Assembly (NCBI RefSeq): GCF_006345805.1 | Contig: NC_043000.1 | Span: forward strand, 44,578,001-44,642,000 | Direction: 5' to 3' | DNA: 64,000 bases | DNA from: Octopus sinensis | Taxonomy: Eukaryota | Shown: in pieces, positions 53,794 through 64,000 of the stretch | Numbering within the stretch: the stretch's first letter is position 1 | Layout of the letters: the number at the start of each line of letters is the position of its first letter | Position numbers and translations under genes: made by a program | The notes under the pieces: generated by a model | What the model was told of the DNA's origin: nothing | What the model saw: only the letters and a program-made list of their open reading frames with translations | The model's database searches: none

Positions 53794-53861
53794 ATATAGC
53801 TACGCGAGTTATTGGTGATATTTCTTGTAAGAAATATCACCAATAACTCGCTTAGCTATAT
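53794..53861. repeat. Near-perfect 68-bp palindrome (33-bp arms, 2-nt centre, 1 mismatch)
   Basis: atatagctacgcgagttattggtgatatttctt-gt-aagaaatatcaccaataactcgcttagctatat. Confidence 0.95.
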
Positions 53862-56241
53862 TATGTAGGCAGGAAAAGTGATACAATAAACAGTTTTCCA
53901 CCACTTTCGTTTACTCCGGTCCACCTAGACACTGACTGTATCTTCCCTGAAGCTCCAATTCTCTTTTTGAAACTCGATGAAACCCATGTAACATTCAGAT
54001 CAAAAGCTTATTTGTACATATTAACATCCAACATTGGACTTGCGCGTATTTCGATACTAGGACAATCATTTATCATTCTTCAAACAACATAGCTCTCCAT
54101 AAAATAAATGCATTTAGTCTACTTCCCGAACATTTTGATTAGAGTTCTCTCGACATACTGCCTTATATGCTGTCACCATAATGCTTTGTGTAAATTGAAT
54201 GTACAGTAGCTGTCTCACTGCGATCAGTTTTTTTTTTATAGCTAGTGTTTTATTGTAATAACGTACCAAAATTTGAAATCTATAGATCCTTCTTTAAGTC
54301 TCCTAAAACTTTGCCGTTTCAGAGTTCGACATGCCATATTGCAAAGGTGTCACAGCAACTTGGAAGAAAAGAAACTTTGTTACATTTTCTATAATTAAAC
54401 CAAAAATTATATTATTGTTCATTGTCACTCCGTGGAACTTCGTGCAGTTATCAGGCTCATGCTCTTTCGTTCGGCCCTTCTTCAGATTTGTGTTTATATA
54501 CCTATCAACATCATACACTGTATAGTTCTATTCAGATGCTAGCCTAATAATACATTCACTGATTGGCTGTACTCCCATATCTCGCACTAACTGTTTTTCT
54601 TGAAAGCCTTCCTCATCAAGATTTTCACCTTACAAATTACCTGCAAGCCTTCTTCAACCCTTCTCTTCATACCAAATATTCTGTTCACTACTTTGATATT
54701 TTGTCCGACATTAAATGAATATATGAATCTCCTCTTACGAAAACCGACAGTCAACAAGCTAATTCTGATTTATTAATGAAGTTATAGACACACTATTACA
54801 AATAAATAAATGCAGGATGGTTGTTATGAGTGTTAGGATAATAAATTTACTTTGTGGATACTGAGGTGAAGGTTTACAGAAACCTATGATATTGGTTAGT
54901 TACAAAAGCCAGCACTTGAAATGTAATAATTTATTTCTTCGTGTTCTCTAGTGTCTTTTTCGTTTACTAATAAATAGAACTAGAATTCTTCATTGTTTTT
55001 TTCAAATTTTTTTTTTCGAAATACATAGCAAATGTTACAAAGGAATATCGACAAGCGTTATAATATGCTCAGAAATACTATGCCAATTTACTATTCCATT
55101 TATTGTATGTAAAGATATAATACGATTATATGAAACGGTCTTGCGTTTCGTTGTTCTTCACGTCGCAGTGATAATCAGATAGAAAATACACAACCTGAAA
55201 ACTTTCAGGTTCATTATGCATGGAAATATATACACTGCAGGTTACCGTTTAATCCGAGCAAGTGCAAGAAAATCAACTTACCTAAATTAACCCTGTAGGC
55301 AAATTTTACGATTTAATTGGAACCTCGATTAAGGTCTATTAATTAATAAATAAATATATATATATATATATATATACACATAATGAAAATACCACTGAAG
55401 GTGGTAAAATTGCTGTTTCTAGGAAGTAAACACTGAACCTGCCAAACACAGTGGTCATTGACAACACTATTAATGATTATTTTCTTTAGCGGCAAGTCCG
55501 ACACAATATAAATGTGAAATGAGTCTAATTATCAATAATTTTTATAATTATTCTTATTGTAAATATTGGTGTAATACATTAACCTTTTGAACCTTAGTCT
55601 CTTTCCATGTACAACAAATCATACAGACATTCAGATTCTGGTACATTATTATTGCTATTGGATGAACTAATGTCATGAACTATTGCTCTATAAAATTACT
55701 CAATTATTATCTCGATCATTTCTATGTGTGTACTAGTTTCTGATAGAAATTGCCGAAAACATGGCAATTCTAAACGTCTATGCTTCTTACAAACAATTCC
55801 ATCTCTGCATCTCAGGAATCGTTCAGCAGACTCTCTTTGTTTTCATTATATCAAAAATGGTAAGGACAGGTAAAAGTATGTTACAAAAGTATTTAACATA
55901 TTCATAAAATAATAATGTGTATATACAGATTAACATAACACCACATATATTCAAGTTAACTTCCTCACTTACAAAGTCTCCCGCTTGTCAAACAAGATTT
56001 GGTGTATGTTCGTTATCAATAATACCACGAGGAAAGCCGTATAACTTTTTACATGGTAATTTTTTAAAGGTGTTTAAAGATCATTCATTCATAAAGAATC
56101 GTTGTCAATACCTCACAACAACACGTGCTTTGACCCTTCATATGTTTGCAGTTACTATTACTGCTTCCATGGTTTGGGGATTCGATTAAGACTGGTTACT
56201 GGCAATAACATTTCAATTCAGTACACCTCCATTTCTTTTAA

Positions 56242-56399
56242 CAGCACGGCCGTGTGGTTAGTAGTTTGCTTACCGACCACATGGTTCCGGGTTCAGTCCC
56301 ACTGCGTGACACCTTGGGCAATTGTTTTCTACTACAGCCTCGGGCCGACCAAAGGCTTCTGAGTGGTTTTGTTAGACGGAAACTGAAAAACGCCCGTCG

Positions 56400-56440
<41 letters not shown>

Positions 56441-56660
56441 ATATATATATATATGTGTGTGTGTGCGCATGTGTGTGTGTGAGTGTGTGTGTGTGTTTTT
56501 GTGTGTCTGTGTATGTTGATGTGTTTACGTCCCCGCAACTTAGCGGTTCGGCAAAATAGACCGATAGAATAAGCACTAGGCTTACAAAGAATAAGTCCTG
56601 GGTTCGACTAAAGGCGTTGCTCCAGCATGGTCGCAGTCAAATGACTGAAACAAGTAAAAG
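56242..56660 (+). mobile_element. SINE family A, full length
   Basis: Head cagcacggccgtgtggttagtag, B-box-like ggttcagtccc, central (TA)n/(TG)n, tail ggcgttgctccagcatggtcgcagtcaaatgactgaaacaagtaaaag. Confidence 0.93.
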
Positions 56661-57795
56661 AATAAATCAGCCCAAATTAAACATACTAACTGACCTATCT
56701 GATATTTGTATCAAAGATAATGTTTGCAATTAATTGAGCCAGACCATTGGTTCATGCAATTATAAATAATTTGTTGCATCTATAGACATTCAAATATTCA
56801 GTTTTCGTATATTGCCATGTGTCTGTACTGAAATATATCAATTATATCGTATAAGAGACAGTAGAGATGCCTTACATTTACTTTGAGATCTGAGGTAATC
56901 CTGAAAACAGATGTGATAACATTTTACATTCTTTGAAGCAAACCTGTAGAAAAAGATGCCAAACAGCTATAGTATCATAGTATCCTGAAATCATATACAC
57001 TATTGATGATCCATGTTGCTTCAAAGTAAGCTATTAAATACCGCATTGCATCAATACACATCTTTTGAAGGATAAATAACTGGAGATACTTCGAAATTAA
57101 CTGTGATAGACAACCGCTTAATTTAAGTGGGATGTTTATGCCATTTATATCTCATATTCATCACTACGGAAGCTAGAATTCATATCTGGTCCTATTGATC
57201 GTTGCTATTCACGTGATGATTAAGGGGCTTTAACTTTTAGCTTAATTGAAGAACGATAAAGCTTACAGCAGAATAAATGCTAAGTGCTATGTTTATTGAG
57301 CTGAAACTTCAAATAATATCACATGCGTCGTTGGATGTCACCACTAAAGAATTCGTTATTGTGCAGTATGTCAAAGACTAGTGATCCAGTCATTACCTGT
57401 AATAGATTCAATATTACATACAAAACTCTTATTAATTATCCAATACCCGTACGCTTTAAGTCAATAAACCATCTATTTTTGAAGTGCTGATTGACAACTT
57501 GATAAACTGGAAAACTGAGAGATTATTCCTGTTGTCCACAATGGCTCACACATGACATGATACAAGTAATGAATTCTTTTGTGGATAACCCAACAGTCTA
57601 TGAAACGTGCATAGTTCATATTCTTTAAATGTTGCAGTTGTAAATAAGATATTTTCAAGATAGTAAAGAAGCCATATACAGAAGCCGTTACTAAACATTG
57701 GACTACAATTCATAGTGAATAGATGTAACAGAAGTTAAATGACAGGATAGAGAATTTTCAAAAATGCGTTATGTATATTTATTTCTATCTATCGA

Positions 57796-57819
57796 TACAT
57801 ACATACATACATACATACA

Positions 57820-57848
<29 letters not shown>
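57796..57848. repeat. (CATA)n microsatellite
   Basis: Visible tandem tetranucleotide. Confidence 0.95.
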
Positions 57849-57850
<2 letters not shown>

Positions 57851-58589
57851 TTACACACACATATTATAAACATATTAGGAAACGTTTTCTAAGTTTTTGT
57901 TGATTGCGAAATTTCATTCTCCTTATATCGGTGGGTTTCTTATTTGATTTTAACTTTGATGTTAGTTTGCTCAATCACTCCGTTGGCAACACACATATAT
58001 ATTTACATACATATATAGATACGTGGTCATTTTTCTGTATATCTATTCTTATATGTTTCTAGATGTGTTTTTAAAATCATGATAACACGTGAGATCTTGA
58101 AATATTTAGAATATCCTCTTCATTCATTTATTTTGAATTACAGAAAGAGAAATGACGCAGAAAAATTTCCAAAGACGATCAAGGTGGTGGAGAGAAAGTT
58201 GAGAGATCTAAATGAGATACGCAGATACATCTTTAAAAAAAACTTATATGTTGTAACTGTTCTCAACAATAACACCTACAACAATCAGTGCTACACTTTT
58301 AGAAAACTTGACACCAATAAAATACCGGTCAAAAATGTTTAATCGGCGAACATTATATATTTGTTGCCCATTTCATTTGGCTTTAGTTTTAACGCTATAG
58401 AGTATCTAAGAGGAAGAGGTTATGAATTACTGTGCTTATACAGAAGAAAAACAAATAATGACACTCGTAGTACCTGAAATCAGTTGTTTAATATTAGTTC
58501 ACAGTGGTAGTTGGTATTCCTTTTGATCATTTGAGAAAACTAAACTACGTCTGTGTATTTGTTTTAGAAGATTAGTGAAGCCGACTCTC

Positions 58590-58822
58590 AGAGGCGCATT
58601 GTGTCCTTAAGCACGTTGCTCCAGTCCATTCAGTTGACAAAAATGAGCTGTACCTGTAATTCAAAGGGCCGGACTTGTCACATTCTGTGTTATGCTGAAA
58701 ACTCCGTTAAGTGTACACGTGTTTGTGGATTGCTCAACCACTAGCACATTAATTTCATGAGCAGGTTGTTTCTTTGATCGAATCAACTGGTGCCCTCGTC
58801 GTCGTAACGGAAGCAGTGCAAG
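58590..58822 (+). mobile_element. SINE family D fragment (gtgtcctt...gttgctccagtcca core)
   Basis: gtgtccttaagcacgttgctccagtccattcagttgacaaaaatgagctgtacc...cctcgtcgtcgtaac resembles the conserved central domain of invertebrate SINEs. Recognised from recall only. Confidence 0.55.
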
Positions 58823-59442
58823 TTTGCAAGATTCCTGATGTGAAAGCGTGCATAATAGATCATCGCAACAGAACAACTCTTCTTCGTAAAACTGCATGTC
58901 TCCCAATAACGAATGCTAAATTGTTCTAAAGAAAATGCATGAAATCTTTCTACAAAAACTTTGGGACAATGGATGTTTTCTGTTTTACTTCTTAAAATAC
59001 AAGTAAACTAATCTCTTGTTTATAAACGTGTATTTCTCTGCACATTTCCTTGATTATTCGAGTGTACCCCTTTGAAAATGAAAGACATTGGATACGTTGA
59101 ATCCATCAACTGATATGAAAACTGTAAGACACCAGCATAGCTCCAATTGTGAAAAAAGGAGAATGTATCCACATACTTTCAAACCCAAAGCGCCTTCGGT
59201 ATATAGAACACAACGGAATATATACCACAAGTAGTATTCATAAGATATAGAAACAAATTGCAGCTCTTATTGCATTTCAGAATCCCTGAAGCAAAGATAT
59301 CTGTTTCTGCGTGTATGTGCGTGTTTGTATGTGTGTGTGCGCGCGCGTGTGTGTGAGTCTGTGCATGCCTGTATCTATGTGTTTCTATGTGTGCTTGTGT
59401 GTGCGCGTGTGTGCCTGCTTGTATCTGTGTGAGCATGATATT

Positions 59443-59743
59443 GAAGAAGAAGAAAAAAGAAGAAGAAGAAGGAGAAGAAGTAGAAGAAGAAGAAGAAGAA
59501 GTAGAAGAGAAGAAGAGGAGAAGAAGAAGAAGAAGAAGAAAAAGAAGAGAAGAAGAAGAAAAGAAGAAGAGAAGAAGAAGAAGAGAAGAAGAAGAAGAAG
59601 AAGAAGAAGAAAAGAAGAAGAAGAAGAAGAAGAAGAGAAGAAGAAGAAGCAAGAAGAAGAAGAAGAAGAAGAAGAAGAAGAAGAAGAAGAAGAAGAAAAA
59701 GACAAACACTGAAAAACAATACCTCCGCCTTAGAAAAGGCGGA

Positions 59744-59782
<39 letters not shown>

Positions 59783-59809
59783 CATAATGATGATGATGAT
59801 GATGATTAT

Positions 59810-59844
<35 letters not shown>

Positions 59845-59865
59845 TGATGATGATAATAATAATAA

Positions 59866-59924
<59 letters not shown>

Positions 59925-59990
59925 AGAAGAAGAAAAGAAGAAGAAGAAGAAGAAGAAGAAGAAGAAGAAGAAGAAGAAGAAGAAGAAGAA
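59443..59990. repeat. Compound microsatellite block: (GAA)n 59443-59700, (AAT)n/(GAT)n 59746-59867, (GAA)n 59868-59990
   Basis: Visible tandem triplets separated by a 45-bp unique spacer that carries a hairpin. Confidence 0.95.
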
Positions 59991-62900
59991 TCTGGAGGTA
60001 GAGTGCTGTATTATGTACCAGTATTTCAGCGTGTTACCCTGGAGTAGCTCGTTATTTTGCTGCTTCGCTAAAAGAGAAAACATTTCAGATGGAACTTTCA
60101 TACAAAAATCTATGGTGAATTCAGCAAACATTGATGCTGTAGGACACGATTTGGTAATTTTATAACAATTTACCAAAAAGTATTTTTGCAGTGGCACATG
60201 TTTAGTATCTTTACTTTAGGAAAACAGAAATTAATATGGAATACTTTCATGCATGTTTGTTTGACGTACATGCATTGATATATTAAAATATTAAACTGGA
60301 CATATGGCGCATGACTAAACAACTTGTAGTTAAACTTGATATACGATCTAGTGATGTGATAAATATTGAGTTCAAAGTAAATCCTTTCTCAATGTTTCTT
60401 TCTAGAGAAAATCTGACGATATTTTCTAGGGATCACATACTGCTTCAAAGAAATTTTCTACAGCGGGATTTAGTGGCCCACAAAATAGGTTCTCCCGGTT
60501 TTATTGAAGTAAATGGTTATATCTTCCAAATGCTTATAACTAAACTTCTAACAGTGTATACTCGAGAACTCATGTGGATATTCAAACATGTTTACAAGGT
60601 TGAATACAAGCATTAGATTTATTGCCGTAATTTTACGCTGCATTAAAATAAACGAACAAGAAAATATGTGTGCGTGTATGTGCGGGCGATCATGTGCACG
60701 AGTGTACGAGAGACTTTGATCCTGTAGGCGTAGATGCATCTGATACTAAGTATGAGTAATTATCTATCATAATTTTGCATTTCCTGTGTATCAGGCAAGT
60801 GAAGATACTCCGCCGAACTTCATTTCACCTCTACGATGCCTCAAGGAGCTAAATACATCCATCAGCAAAGCAATGAAATTAAATAAAAGTCATAGAAAGA
60901 GAGGAATAAACCAGCAATACTTGAGCGAAATCGTCAAGGAAATGTACATAAATACTTAAGAAAATGAAGAAATGAAATTAAATCGAAAAATAAATAATTT
61001 TCATGGATGTCAGACGTATACATGATATGCATAATAAATTTGCAGTCGGGTGCAATTTTTGTTGCCATAGAATAAATGAAATCAGCATATTATATTAATA
61101 TTAGTGCAGTCACCCATCATTTAATCATGAGAAGCGTAGGCAGAAAGATACGTAAACCTCTCTCTTTGATGGCGCTTCTTATCCGAGTGCCTAACAATTT
61201 AACAACAGTGAACTAAAGCTGAATGATTTCAAACAATATATGCTATTTACAAAGAACAACAGCAAATGCCGAAACATCATTATCATTCACTTCTTTACTC
61301 AAAAGCCCGTCGCCAATAATCTTTCCGCTCTGGTACAAAAGCATCATCAAAGCGTCATCAAATACAGACGCTATGCATTACCATACATTGACGCTGTAGT
61401 TCGTTCCATACGATCAACGTAACTTTACTGCTTCGCACGTAACTCCGCAATGGAAATATTTGCAACCATCACCAAACGCACTTTGCGCATCATAAACGTT
61501 CGCTTTTTGGACTGCAATTCCATTAACTCTGTAACAAAAGTTCTCTACGGATATTATCTTCCCAAACTCGATGGGAAGGTAATAGTCAACACAGATATCT
61601 TCACCTGAGAATAATGAAATTTATGTACCAATGTAAATGTAGCTACTTTTAAAATGGTAATAAACATCAGTGAGAGAAGATGTATTGTCCCAACGATGGC
61701 CAGCGAAAGGACTATATGCATTTCAGCACTTTTTGGCCTTTTAAATGGCTATAATCGCAGCGGAATAGATGTCCGAATGAGAATTTGTGCTTTTGCTATA
61801 GAAAACAGTGAGAAAACTCTCCACAGGTATTACGAATATCTACTCTGCCTATAAAAAGTGAATATAGCTTAAGTATTATACATATATGGCTTTCTAAAAT
61901 TATTTCTACTTAAATTGTGTATACCGGAATCTATTCAACCGGGCGACTATTAGCAATATCAGTAAATAATTTTATGACTGTTTCCTATATCAGAGGTGAC
62001 AAAGTTATATCCGAACATGTGGATACGTGCGAGTAAGAGCCATTGAAAAAGTTTGAAGAGTTCGAAATGCATCTCGCATTCTTGCTGCCTAGTGTTGCAT
62101 TGCATTTTCAGCTACTTGCGATATTTTTTGAAGTGCATGCTCATAGGGAATGTTATCTCCGAATAAATACTGTAGTAACTAGATATCAACAGTGCATATA
62201 TATTAGATACGATGCATACATTCCGAGACATACACGCACACACACATACACGCACACACAAACACTCACACATATATAGATATGGATATGGATGTGTATG
62301 AAAACCATAACAAGTTAAATTTCAAATCATATTTTGGAATTATTATTTCATTTATTTGCATGCATCAGTCTTGGAGAGATTTCTTTTGTCCCTTCGATGT
62401 TAGGATAAATTTTCATTAAACTGGTTTGCAATAACTTTGGCAGAAGTATTTTATTCTGAGTCAAAATACAGAATCAGATATGTTTGTTATGAAATTTTTA
62501 TTATATACTCCTTTTCTCCATACTGCGCAATTACAGGATTAAAACAAAATATGACAAGAAACAATATTCAAATATTCCATTATACGCACACACGCGCACT
62601 CACACACACATTTATATGTATATATGATTGCGTGTGTGCTTGTGGATATATTTCTATTGTATTGATCTGCATACGGTGTCATTCTGTTAGTAAATACGAC
62701 AGTTTTAGTAGCTAGTATTTAATAAACCTTATTTCTTTTACATGACAGTCTATTTATTTCTTTTTCAAAGATATTGTCTTCATGCCAGAAATAATTCTGA
62801 ATCATTCTAATTGCTTCTGGAATGTATGCGGTGATTTAAAGCTAAAATTAATAGATGTACATGTTATTATCCACTTGTAAAAAAAAAAAAAAAAGCGAAA

Positions 62901-64000
62901 AACAGAGATGTATCTAACTATTTTCATTGCAAAATGATTGCTCATGACAAAAGTTGGATCCGGCACATTTGTTGCCTTACAAAAGTAAGATTAATAACGC
63001 AATTCGTATCCGGGTCACGTTCCATGCCTTTTACTATTTTAATGATATGGTGGCAACTGAAAGGATATATAATAATTATTTCTGATTATGAGTAAGAACG
63101 GGGAATAATTCAGAATTCAAAACTTAAATAATGCTATAATCTGCAGCCTTCAACCAGACTAGCTTCCTCAACTGTTCGATGTTGAGCGTCAAATACATCT
63201 GCACATATTCCTCTGAGTGATCGACAATCAATCAAAGCATATGACGAAGCTAAAGGTGACAAATTTGCAGTGCCAATTTTCTAGAGTAAAATTTCTATCA
63301 ATAAACCACGTTTGAAGTCACAAGAGGATATGAACGATCGTATTTGGTTTCATAACTTTTATTGCCGGACTATTTTCTTAACTTATAATTATCAGGGTTT
63401 GGTATCAATTTGTAAACAGATTTAACCTAGGGTGCGCACGGTTCTGAATCGTATCAATAAGACACGTTGTTGTACAAATCTCTTCACGAGAGGAGCATAT
63501 TATGTATAGCCTACTGATGTAAGTATAAAGGCACTGTGTAATTGAAAAAAGCTCCATATAAACAAGATTAGTACGCATGTGCACACATGAGAAACACCAA
63601 CACCGCATACTTATACTCATACATTCATTGTAATCAATGATTATTTTATATATTCATGTGTCCCTCTTGATGATCTTCATGAAAACACACACTATATTTT
63701 AATACATATTGATTACGAGCTCCATATAGATGTTCAAACATTATATATATATATATATATATGTAAGATTAAAGAGAGAGAGAACTATTTATATAAGTGT
63801 ATATGTATGTGTGATTGTAGTATAAACATATTTCTCCATGAATCAATCATATAAAATATAGTAATATACCTTATTGTAAAACCAATTTATAAAAACGAGA
63901 AAGAATGAAACGTTCATAATATTATGTATGTTGAATATCAATGAAGTATTTGACTGTTTCTAGACTAAAATAAATATAAGACGAAGATTAATTTCAATTA

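Noticed and set aside
58079-58342. 87-aa ORF with a possible acceptor at 58143
   Set aside because: No recognisable homology and no linkable neighbouring exon.
59179-60197. Poly-K/R/E/F/S ORFs up to 204 aa
   Set aside because: Stop-free triplet microsatellites; no domain content.

Overview
AT-rich, microsatellite-dense eukaryotic DNA made mostly of transposable-element debris. The tRNA-derived SINE families and their style of (TA)n/(CA)n repeats closely resemble an octopod cephalopod (Octopus-like) genome; that assignment is from pattern recognition, not a search. No host protein-coding gene could be identified with confidence, only a few splice-flanked candidate exons. Supported content: the 3' end of a Helitron (frameshifted PIF1-like helicase, terminal hairpin, CTAG); a full-length dead mariner paired with an inverted 5' fragment; a second mariner remnant; a hAT (Charlie/SPIN-like) remnant; a DD37D (maT/mori-type) Tc1/mariner 3' half; a 5'-truncated CR1/L2-type LINE with a long open RT frame, inserted with a 5-bp TSD into an old SINE; a second CR1/L2 3' fragment; RTE fragments; a gag-like zinc-knuckle ORF1 remnant with no ORF2; a 233-bp MITE; at least four SINE families; and a ~2.2-kb array of phased GAAAATTTTC palindromes. 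The most notable observations are (i) a 3' tail architecture shared by two LINEs and the dominant SINE, with compensatory stem changes, pointing to the SINE's partner LINE; (ii) the phased A4T4 array; (iii) a probable templated inverted insertion inside a LINE; and (iv) several long fold-back structures that could form dsRNA or cruciforms.
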